A stretch of 64,000 bases of DNA. Source: Amphiscolops sp. MND2022. Its lineage: Eukaryota. Under the pieces are notes generated by a model that was not told the origin of the DNA, did no database searches, and worked only from the letters and a program-made list of their open reading frames with translations. The stretch covers positions 22,756,001 through 22,820,000 of the forward strand of contig OZ076409.1 in NCBI GenBank assembly GCA_964187785.1, read 5' to 3'. Below are positions 27,601-39,600 of this stretch, piece after piece (the first letter of the stretch is position 1; each line of letters opens with the position of its first letter). A program made the position numbers and the translations under genes.

Positions 27601-30600
27601 TCATCTCTTTCTGTTTATAGAATCAGAACAAAGAGACTACTCGAACACCAGATCCCAATTCACCCGTGGGTACAGGTTATGCTGTTGTGTTTTCACCGCC
27701 CCTGTTTCCTCCTCTTAGAGTAGAGAGGTCCCCAAGTAGTACTGACAGTGTTGATGTTACAGCTTACGCTGACGAAAAGGTCAGACTCCATGCAGAGGCT
27801 CAATTGCTAGAAGGGTCACAGGTCGCTGAATCATTCATGGCGACCAAGAGACAAAGGACGAAGAAGGAAGAAGGGTAGATGCAGTAGGAGGAGAAGTAGA
27901 AGGAGAGGTAGAAGCAGAGGGAGGAAGGACTTTAAAAATGAAAAGGAAAAGAAGAAAAGAGAGCAGTGTTCCTTCTTGGACGCCTATTAATCTTTTCCTA
28001 GTATCTGAAGTCTTCTGAGTAGTTTGAATTAGGATTAGGTCTCAAACTATATCTTCCACCTCTAGGACTCAGATTTTCATTCCCTTCATCATTTTGCGAT
28101 ATTTCGGGCACGATAATATCATCCCCCCTTTTTGGAGATTTTTGTGCATCGCTTTCATTAGCAGAATTTCGTTCTGAAACATTTGCATTGTTTTCTTGTC
28201 TTTCGGACAGATCCGGCAAAGATTTTTCTGGATTTTTGTGGTAAACGGCCGAATCCGGCCAATCAGAGTTTTCATTTCTAGTAGCTTCACTATCTTCATT
28301 TGCATTGCTGACGTCACTTTTCAGTCGTTTATCTCGACTGTGCTCTGTATCGTTGACGTCATTCGGACAATCAGTCGTGATTATGTAATCCGCTTCATTC
28401 TCGCTTGCGTTATCTGCGTTCGCTTTTGCCGTACTCGGTCTTTCTTCATTCGGCAAGCTAGCCGGAATAGGCTCGTTGCCTCGTGTAGCTAGCTGTTCAC
28501 CAAAGTTTGTTTCCCACGTAACTGTGTACAAATCGTCCTGCGGAATGACAATTCCTTCGTCCGGCAGTAATCGCTCTTCTCGGAAAATGTCCTCAAGCGG
28601 TTGATTGGGGACAAACTTTTTGAGGCGAACTCGATGCAAGATCTGAGTTTTAAGGTTACTGTTGGTTGACAGGGGTATACAGTCTGGTTCACCATTTTTG
28701 GTAATGAGTACATTCTGGAACTGTCTCTCGTCTAGTAGCGATTGTGGAATTGATTCTGCACAGTTTTCGATATTCTCGGTTCCCAAGGGGTTTGGAAACA
28801 CCGGATGGTTTAGCGCTCTGGTTTTCTTGTTATGGGTAATTGGAGGGTTCTCGTGGACTGTCTTGTTGCAATGTTCAATATCGTCTAGAACATATTGAAA
28901 TTGCAATAGATCCTGGTTGCAGATCTCAGTGTCCCAGTAGTGATCTCTTCCATAATCTGGGTCGATGTATGTAGGGTTGTAGTCGACTACTAAGGGAATG
29001 GGCCTGAATCGGGTAGTAAAGGTAGTTGTGTAATCAGGATCCCAAACAGGAATTGATTTCTGGAACAAATGGGTATTATTATAGGTAATAATGATAGCTT
29101 TTTCAATTTGCTGCTGCCAGACAACAGAAGGATAGCCCATCAATTGTTGTTGGTAATTATGAAAGTTTTTGGTTTGAGGGTCCGATTTGATGTATTGACG
29201 GACAGAGACTAGTTGGTTGTATTGGAGTGGTGGCGAAGCTAGTTTTTTGACTCATCTTTGCTTGATGAGGATTGGGAATTGGATGATGTTGGCTTGTGAT
29301 GGGGTTTTGAGGATTTAGGGTCAGGATCGCTGTCCGACGAGTCCTCTGGCCTGGTGCGTTTGGGCTTGAGATGCGCACCAGCACCTTGCCAGCATCTCTC
29401 CTCAGGGTGGTTTGTCTTGCCACATGTCCCACATTTAGGATAAACCTTTTTCTGTGTGGGCTTGCCTTGTTGGGCATCTTTCTCCTTCTTCTTTTTGCGC
29501 TTTTCACAGTCTTTGACGATGTGGCCCTTTTCTTTGCAATAGTTGCAGGTAATGTCACTCATTTGGACGTTTGATGGAAAAGTTTTTGTTTTTGTGGCTG
29601 AAGACGTCATTGATGCCATTGGTAGGTCATCAGATTCTTCAAGCGCGTTTAGCTCCAATTCTCTCTCAAGATGAGCGACAATTTCGTCATAGGAGCCGTT
29701 CTCTAATCTGGCCATATTTACTGATCTTTTTTGCTTGGGCGGCAGTTTCGCGTATAGGAGACTGTCAATAATCTTTTGGGCATGGTCTCCGAATGCTTTT
29801 TCTGCGCCTTGATTCAGCTCTTCAAAAAAATGTGGTAGTTTTGTCGTATTTGGATCAAATACCAGACGGTGCCATTTATGTTTGGCAGTTGCTTGAGATT
29901 CGGGTTTGACGTATTTCCGTCTGAAGATGACTAATACGTCCTCGAGAGTTTGTCTGTTAGCTGTGCTAATGTTTCGGAATGTTTGCAGAGCGTTTTTTCT
30001 CAAAAGCGAATGAAAACGATTAATTTTCATCTGCTCGGACATCAACTTGATCATCGTGTGGAATAGATATACGAACAGCCCGAACTTCTTGCTTTTGCCG
30101 TCAAAAGTCATAGTGTTTGAGTTGACTGGCCGGATAGTGGGTTGTTGGGCTGTTGGACGGTTCTGCATACTGGTCGAGACATCAGCTAGCCTGTTGATAG
30201 GGTCTTGTTCCGGGGCCGGAACGGTCCTTTCTTGTGCTGGGATCGTCGTGTCGAGCAGGGGATTGAGGTCATCATGAGATCGGTTGAGATGACTTCTTGA
30301 TGGCGTTCGTCCCGTGAGAAACTCAGGAATATCAGTTGGAGATTCGTTTTCTCCTGTCACCATGTCGTAAGCACGAGAGTTTGTGGATGTAGTTGGACCG
30401 TCTTTCTGACAGTCCATAAATGGCTTACTTCTCGAGTTATCTCTGGAATCTGAGTTTCGCAGAACTTCGGAATATCCTTCCGGTCTCTCGGCCGGAACGT
30501 TCCATCTTTCTCTGGTCAAATGTCCCGATCCGGCCACAATGGCATTTTGAATCTGGGGTAAAACTTGATTGCTAATTGCATCATTTATGGCTCTCTGTAT

Positions 30601-33600
30601 CTGAACACTGACACTATTCATCATCTCGTCCATCTCTCTAGATATTCGGGAATTCAATTCACTCGACAGTCTATTTATCTCAGCACTAGAATTACCTCCA
30701 GCAGAGTTTTGGCCGTAATCGGCATTTGGACTAAGTCCGTCATTTCTTGAATTTAAGTACCTGTTTTCATCATTATTTTCAAATTGATCACCAAAAGTAC
30801 TTTCAGGTCTTCTGGTTTGATTACTACTAAGGCTTTCATCTCTCTCATTTCTACTGAAATGGTTTTCTCCGAGCATCATATCTACATTTTCAATGTCCGA
30901 AATTATCTCAACTCCTCTAGATTTTCTGGTTTTCTTCTGCTTTCTTGTAGGCATTAGAAAGAAAGTCCGAGGTAAAACAGTGAATTAGGTTTTATTCGGA
31001 AAATAGGATTTTGTACGTTGTATCGTAAACAGGTATATCAAACTAAACTTGGAGAAGCAAAATACAATTGTGTCCCTCTCGGAAAAATACCAATATATAT
31101 ACCCCTGAGAGGGTGACACTCACATTCCTTGCATGACAATCTATTTACAAATTCCATAAAGGGCACATGACCATGGCGGGTGACCACTAACATTCATTCA
31201 TTTTTAGCGGCGTCAACTGCATCAAAGCACTTAGGAATTTGTCCCGTTAGGGCCAAAGGGAATTCATACCTAATTCATTCGCAGCAAAATCATTTAAAGT
31301 TTACATAAAATATGGAATGCACTCAAATGCATTTTCTAACTGCAAATACTATCATCAAAGGGGAGCGGAGGAATTTAGCCTTATTATATTAGGCAAACAA
31401 CACTTTGACCAAACATCAAAACTAATACTTTCAAATTGTTTACAGTGAGAGGAATGTAAACTATTTAGCGGCACGTGCCTACACACGTGCGTAGAATCAA
31501 CAAAACAAAGACACAGTTTCATGCAATAGAAATGAACATAATATAGCAATATGGCCTAATACGGCCATTGGACTTGGGAGCTGGCCAATAGTGAAGGCCG
31601 GAATAGGACAGGTGACGGGTATTCGGATTGCTACTACTGGTCGTTATTATTGCACTAATTGGATTTAAAAAGCTCATTAACATCTTCAAGTATATAAATA
31701 TAATCTTACATGACTGTAAAACAAACTCATTCATGCTTAAAAGCATCTCTAATAATAATAAGCAAAATGGCCTAAACCGGCCATTTGCCTTTTGTCCTGC
31801 ATTACCAATCTAATATAACGTCAAGTGGCCATATACGGCCAATCAATTAAAAATGTGTACAGCGCTTTACACAATCTGGCCTGAATAGGCTAATTGCCTC
31901 GTATTAAGTAAACATTATTAAAATACTGGTCAAACGGCCTTAACCGTCTGAAAGAGCTAAGTCTGTGGTGTAGTTAGTTAATACTGCACTAGAGGGGTTA
32001 TTCAGCCTAAGAGTACAAGCACATGAATCCTGGTTAATAATTAGCATCACAATTGCGCTTTTTGTGAAATGGCCGGAACCGGCCGTCTGACTGGATATTT
32101 ATTAAAAGTAGCGAAGCTATGTCCACAGGCCTTATTCGGCCATTAATGAATGGAAGTATTAACTGCGTAGCAAATGGAGTAATTTGATTGGACAAGGCCG
32201 CGTGCTCAAGTGACGTATCTGGTACGGGATTTTATCAATAGCAACTATAATTAAAACAATTACCAATACTTCTTCTAACACTTTTAATCATGGCATCTGA
32301 CGTATTAAGACAACTTCAAGTACTTTCCAAGAAAATACACAGCACTACTGATTAAATAGCACAGATTACTTGATAAAAGCTAAATAGGCCGGAACCGGCC
32401 ATTGGACCAGCGTTCACGAGCATAGTAGTTAGATTAAGGCAAGCGGCCATAACCGGCCAAATAATGTATTGCTGAGAGATAATGCTAATACTAGCTATAC
32501 TGCACTGTGATTGGTTAATTTGCAGGAGGCAGCCTGCGACAGCCATTATTATGTTGTAAGCCATTTCAGTGGACTACATTTAACCATGCAAATTAACCAT
32601 TTAACCATTCGGGAACTCATACCCCAAAAAGTCTCCGAAACCAGACCTAAAAGCCTTTTCTGCAATAAATTTATCATTCAAGTCACAATTGCAGCTCGAA
32701 GGTGCTAGAAATACTTTTTACGAATACTACATCAAAATTTGAAAACTGTATCGAGTACTTAAACTAGCTAAAACAAGCGTAATGTTTCTGTACACGTGTC
32801 AACGTGTTTACATTTGCGTGGGGTGTTTACGATACATTCTCGACACAAAACCTTGCATGAGATCCCACAAAATCATAACTCTACTCTGCAAAGCAAAAAA
32901 TTCAGGTTCTCAGCTAGCTTAAACATAAATTTAAACTCTCTTGACGTTAGTGTCGGAGGAATACTTAACAGCAAGCTGTCAAATGAAAATGGTCCATTTG
33001 TGTCAATCATAACTCAGTGATAAAGAAAACACAGACTGATACGCGCTTCTGTTACCTTATCTGACATGAGAATCGGCAACTGTCTATTCTGCATGTGAAG
33101 CATCTACTTAATTGCCATCCTTATTTGGATAAGTTGCACGGTTTCCGTGCGAAAAGAATTTAATTGCAACATTAACTTCTCCCCAAGAAGTGTAAATAGT
33201 GGAACATTTTCCTTTTGCCCACAGGCAAAAAATTATGAGCAGAAATGGCAAATATTGCATAAATCAGTAATTGATTATATGAATATATGTGTAGTCATCA
33301 AAAAGGAGTAAAATAGAATGTTTTGGGTAAAGAATCAATTTCATTATACACACCAAAAGTGGATAAACTTTAGGATAGTACCTATGAATCCACAATGGAG
33401 GTAGCAGAAGCAAACAATTACCCCAAATCCACGGGTGGACGCCGACTAAGCAGTTCTACTATTCTACACGGCGCCCTTTTCGGATACTATCTCTCCATAG
33501 CAAGCTATGTTACCATGTTTGGAGCAATTGGTCAAACAATGGCCGGCTTGAAGATGTGGTTTCAATGTGACTTGCACAAGGTCACAGAGGTCTGACTGCT

Positions 33601-36600
33601 CACCGTTGCTTTTTTTGCTTTTCTCCGGTAAAAGTTTCATTTTTTGTCATTGACCATACCACTAAGCTAGGGATGAAGGACTAGCTGACGGCCCAATGGT
33701 CAGTTGAGAGAGAGTCGAACCTGATACTGTGCAAGTACAAGTCAAGTTCTCTAACCACTACACCATGCTCCCCAGGTACACTATTAATTATTACAAAAAA
33801 GATCTAAGTACTTGATTTTTTCCTTTTTACTGGAGGTTCGCTTTGTGTAAATTCGCCACTGTGTATCAGCAAAGTACCGGGTACTTCAAGTACCGTACTT
33901 GTGATATCAGTTTGGAATTTTTACCCTGGAAGGCCCCCTTTTGACGTTTTCTGTTGAAAAAGTATATGGAAAGTTTCGAAGTACCACTGCCCCTCTTGTT
34001 TTGTTTATTTTTTTTCTCAGATCCTGCAAAATTCCTGCAGAGAAACGTTCTTCGCCAAGGATAACCGCAAGGAGAAGTCGTCTTCGAACACCCACTAGCT
34101 TCGCTAATTAGGTTTCGCTGCAATCCGCGTGGTCTCTCATTTATAGCAGTCGAACAATTTGGAAACCACAATAGATTCCATAGTTTCTCATCTTCGAAAA
34201 CTATAGCTTCTGATTAGACTCTACCGAACTAAATTACTGCATGTTTTTCAGTAATGGTAGCCAGTTCGTTCCAATCAAACTCATCGGTAAATTTTGTGAA
34301 GTCATCTCGGACGAGTGTGTCAATTTTTTCTCAGTCTTAATAGCAGTTCCGTAATCCGTGAACTTCGTTGAATCGTTTTCAAGGCAAGTAATGCTAAGAT
34401 CAGTTTTGAATAAAATAAATCGAGAAGTTCTTAGTGCTGACACATGTGATATATCACAATGACTTCACTTTTCACTCGTTCATTTATCAGTAGTGCTGAT
34501 ATTTTCCGTTCAATGTTGAACGATATTCACAAACAAATTGGGATTTAGCTCCTGAAATCGAACGTTTTTATCTTTTTTAATCAGTTAAAAATTATATTAG
34601 ATTTACTAAGGTAAATGAGGACTCCAGCCATGTTGGTCTTCATCAATGTCTCTTCTATGAGACAGTAACTGTTGCAATTGCAGGTACAAGACATGAGAGA
34701 TCTGAACCAGAATTAGATGCTTAAAGTAATTTATGTTCATCTGTCTGTAACGGAAGCCTGTGGCACAACGAGTTTTCAGAAAAATCGACCAAAAATTCTT
34801 TCAAATCTGACGTGGCAAATTGAGCATGTTTTGGCCAAAGTACCTGTCAAAAATCAGTACAGAAGACGAAGCAAGCCGTCCGGACGGGAACACGGAGTGT
34901 AGAAGCCAATGCGCTTAGAAAACTCATAAATAGACTCTTTTTGAGGTGCTAACTCCGGTTTTTACCGATTTTCAGCATTATGCTACCCAAAGTAGCGGAA
35001 ACCGGAAAAATGCGTCTTTTCGCTTATTTATCCTTTTTTGGTGCTTGGAGTGCCTGCGCCCCAGCTTGTAGCTGTGTGGTTGGCCATATTCGTGCCTATT
35101 TTGATGTGTTTCTACTGTATTGCTTCGCCCAAAAGGTGCCATTTTTGTTTGTGCGTAAAATTTTCCAAGGTTTTCAGTTTTTCCTCCAAGTTTCAACGTG
35201 ACACTCAAAAGGTGTGGAGCTCGCGCGCTCCAAATATCTTAATTGCTGAATTTTGTCTACTCTGGCCTACTTCATTCCAGTGCTTACACTCGCGAGCAGT
35301 TCGTAGTTTGCTTATACGCAGCTTAACCGATGCTACTGAACTCTTTACAGGTATGGAGCTTCACATCAGTGCGTGTTGCCCAAACCAAGCCAAACTGTGA
35401 AGAAAAAGTATTGAAAAAACAGCTAGTTTTCCTTTTAAACAGTGGTTTTTCCGCTGAAAAGAAGTTTCACCGAGAACGTCTCTTAATTTTCTGGAAACTG
35501 GATTTTTACTGCCGTGGAAAAGAAGTTTTCCATGAGAACCACGTGCGTTTTGGAGCCTGACGACTCCGTAAAAAAAATTTTAGACGTCCAAACGACCACT
35601 GTGCTAGAAAGATCCTATTCAAATTTGGTGCGAAAAAAATCTTGTGCTAACAATTTGATGCTTTTTTTGGGATTTGATCAATTTCAAGGTGCATTTTTGA
35701 GTACTTTTTTCTAACTCGAGGGCTAGCTCTGTTTCAACAGTTTGTGGACGATGCAGGTTCCTGGATTGCAAGAAGCAAGACCTCAAGGTTGCCCAATCAG
35801 TGAAAAATGACAGTGCCACGGGACCCTTGCAAAAAAACATCAGTTTGAACTCCCAGTGGATTGCAATGATGTGGAGATGTTTCCAGCTTCTCCGCATGAC
35901 AGGGACGTCATTCCTAATACCCGGGGAGTGGATGTAACGGAAGCTTGTGGTACAACGAGTTTTCAGAAAAATCGACCAAAAATTCGTTCAAATCTGACGT
36001 GGCAAATTGAGCATGTTTTGGCCAAAGTACCTGTCAAGAATCAGTACAGAAGACGAAGCAAGCCGCCCGCGGAGACGACAGACGACCGAACGGGAACACG
36101 GAGTGTAGAAGCCAATGCGCTTAGAAAACTCATAAATAGACTCTTTTTGTGGTGCTAACTCCGGTTTTTACCGATTTTCAGCATCATGCTACCCAAAGTA
36201 GCGGTAACCAGAAAAATGCGTCTTTTCGCTTAATTATCCTTTTTTTTGGTGCTTGGAGTGCCTGCGCCCCAGCTTGTAGCTGTGTGGTTGGCCATATTCG
36301 TGCCTATTTTGATGTGTTTCTACTGTTTTAGCTAGCCCATGCGCTAATTTTCGCAGTTTAGATCTTAGTACCCATTTTAGACCTTATTCACATGTCACCC
36401 TGGAATTTCACCCTGGAATGGAGATTTACACTGTTTATGCTTGGCGTTGTTTTTAAAGGTTGTCTAGACGGTGGTTATGAAGAGAAAAGGCATAATGCCC
36501 GTTATTCTCAGCAGTTACAGACTGGAACAGACCGGAGAGCATCCCTAGAGACGGTTCCCCCTTCTCGGGACCGGCATTCCTTAGGAGGACAAAATGGACT

Positions 36601-39600
36601 GGAGTTGTGGTGATTAATCCCGAATCTTGACCCATAGCTTCGGTTCCTTCATCCCTTGTAGCGAATAAACGCTCAGCGCTTTTCATTACAGTCGCTTCAG
36701 AAAAAATGTTTCGAAAACTTTATTTAATGGAATAAGTAAGTTGATCAGGGTAAAGTAACATGCAAGTAACATGTAAGTAGCAGTCGGAAATATTTCTGTC
36801 TTCATAAACGTTTGAACACGTTTGCCATTTTTTTGCAATCACTGGGGAAGAACAAGATAGCATTTCGTTTAAGACTCTATCAAAGCAACTTCTTTTTTTG
36901 ATTTTCAATCAACGTAGTTCTGAAAATCTTCCTTTTCATTTCTTGGTTGTCGTACGTTTGACAATATCAGTCTTCATTATTTGCATATGGTAGCGAACTT
37001 TTGATTTTGCTAGCGATAAATGTATTTCAGCTGTCACTTCAATACGATCATTCATGGTTGTTCGCAAAGTTTCAGTTGTTTTTGTTCGTTCTAGGTGAAA
37101 ATGTATGATCAATACACGTTTTGGATGTTGGCGTTCTTATGGTTGGTAACAAGCTTTGTAAATGGTTCTTCAAATAGTAGTTTGATTTCGTTTCCGTCGG
37201 AATGGTCTGAGAAAGTTGGGCCCTCTAGGAATATTTGAATGTCAATTGAGCAGTACTTTAAGGCTGCCCTAAATATGCAGCATCACTAAACTTCGGTTTA
37301 AAACGATTTCGTAGTTTTGAATTTTGCTTGTAATTGTTTTCAGTTATCCATGTTGCACTTGGTAACATGGCTTCAGGTTTGTTTAGGAACGTTTGAAGTA
37401 GCCATATTATGCCTGGCTGATGAAATCCTGATTAGACTTCATCTCTAGCCCGCTATTCCAGATATTTTCAAAAACAATTCTTATAAGGTGATTTCGAGGA
37501 GTGAATATAAAAGTTTTTTTTTATTTCAGTGCATTTAGCCACATCATTAAAGCAGGCATTTTCCCTGTAGGAGTTCATTGTTGTAATCTCGGTCTATCAC
37601 GATAAAAAGGTTCTTTATCTAAGACGATAAATTCGTATCTTCTTTAGCAACTAATCTATAGTATCAATCTCATGTTCAATGGTCAATACTCTATTGTACA
37701 ACACTAAATGTAGTAAACTCAAATTGACAGTAATTAGAGTTTTATGTTTGACAACAATAATATGCTCTCTGTCTAGGTTCATAGTTTTGAAGGTCATGAT
37801 ATCCACATGATATCACATTCCCCCCTCTTCGGGGTTGTCCGATGGGGATTTGTTGTAGTGGCCGTATGGTACGGATTTCTTCATTGTTTTGCCGCATTGG
37901 ACGGTCGTTCTTCGTCTCATTTCTCTCCGCTGTTTCCGCTGTTGTTTCCTGTAATAAATTACCGTGGTTAGTTAATTTTTTCTTATTGTTACTAATGTGG
38001 TACGGTATCCCGCCTAATTTTTCGGTTTGTTTTGCAAAAGGTAGTCTATTGGATCTTCTGACCGGTTCTATCGGTTTTTCTGTTCTATTTTTTCTTTTAT
38101 AGCTACCTTGTTCCGGTGTCAGGTTAGTTTCCTTCGGGTGGAGCTGAAGTTCATCTTCGATGTTGACTTGTATCGGTTTTCCTTCCGCTTTATTGTAACA
38201 TTCGAAGTCGTCATCGTCAGATATGATGCTCAGGTTTAGGTTTTCTGTGTTTTTGTTTGGTGAAGTAAATTGTCCCTTGTTGTTCCTGGGTATTTCCTTT
38301 CTTTTCGACCAGTCCTCGCTTCTTTCGTAGTTTGCGGTGTTCTTCGGTGTTTCTTTCCTGCTGTAGATGCAGGGTGCTCCGCTGGTGGTTGTATTGTCCA
38401 GTGTTTTGGAGCAGGTGGGTTGGTCTGCGGTGTTTTGGCGGGTGTTGATCTTCTTTGCCGGTGTTGTTGTTTGCTGAAATGGTAGCGGGTTGGATATTAA
38501 TTTCCTGTGGATAACTTTATTTTTATCCGTTGTTACGGTGTGTCTTGTTCCAGATACAGCGGTTTGTACTTTATTTTTGAATTTACTTTCCATGGATCCT
38601 TTTTTGTAGTTTTTTTCGTAAAATTTGAAAGGATATTCAAATTTACTTACCGCACTGGTCGGTTTTTTTGTTTGGGAGAATGTCATCCCTCGCTTGTATC
38701 TTGGTTCGGCTATCTTTTTCTTTGACATTACCAGGTGATCCGTGATTTGTCCGGTTGAATTTCTGGTGATATACACCGAGAGATCTTTGGAATCCACTGA
38801 AATAGAATTTTTTAGGTTAGACAGTTTGGTTCTTGGTGTCCGTCCGAAATGTAATTCAAACGGAGTTTTCTTTATTTCTGAATGTATTGTAAATCTTAGG
38901 ACGTATAGTGCTCTATTTACGCTTTCACGAAGGTTTTGGTTGTCTTCTAGATTTGCCAGAGTTAGGTTCTTCAGCGATTGGATTGTACGCTCGACCAATC
39001 CGGTGCCAGTATGTAGGTTTGCCGTACCGTATATGCGGTTGATATTATGCGTCTTGCAATATTCTATGTATTCTTTGGAGATAAAGGCGCCGCCTTTGTC
39101 CGACTTTATTTGTTTCGGTACTCCGTATACATTTATGTATTCATTCAGAAATGAAATGACGGTTTCATGGTTCGTATTTTTGCATATTTTTGCTACGGGC
39201 CATCGGCTATTTTTATCCACCGCAATTAGTATAAACGGATTGCTTTGCAGTTTTTTATTGTTGAGATTTCCCGTAAAATCAATTTGTATTTCTTCACCAG
39301 GTGTTTTTGTCGGTTCGATTTTTGATTTTTCGGTTTGGGGTATTTGGAATTTTAGATTCTTACCAGCGTTGAGGCAGGCTGAGCAGGTTTTTGATTTCTT
39401 TTCAATATCTTCCCGCATGTTCGGCCACCAGAATATTGCTGCGTCGCTGTACATTTTGTTTATCCCGGGATGTCCAAAATGTAGTGCATTGAGTGCTGCG
39501 TAGCGTAGTGATTTTGGAATTACGATGCGGTCGTCGACCAATATAATGCCCCAACGGTATGTCAGTTTCTTGGCTACGGTTTTGTAGTTCTGCGGAATTT

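Larger units (their letters stand above)
22552..32541 (-). mobile_element. Young non-autonomous Ty3/Gypsy-type LTR retrotransposon carrying captured eIF2A and eEF2 sequence
   Basis: Direct repeats 22552-24730 and 30363-32541 with TGTCG...CGACA termini; 5-bp TSD GCCAT at 22547-22551 and 32542-32546; PBS-like TGGTGACAGGAG next to the 5' LTR; gag with CCHC knuckles; pol remnant. Confidence 0.93.

Noticed and set aside
33697..33772. Functional tRNA gene
   Set aside because: Acceptor and anticodon stems do not pair; it fits a SINE head better.
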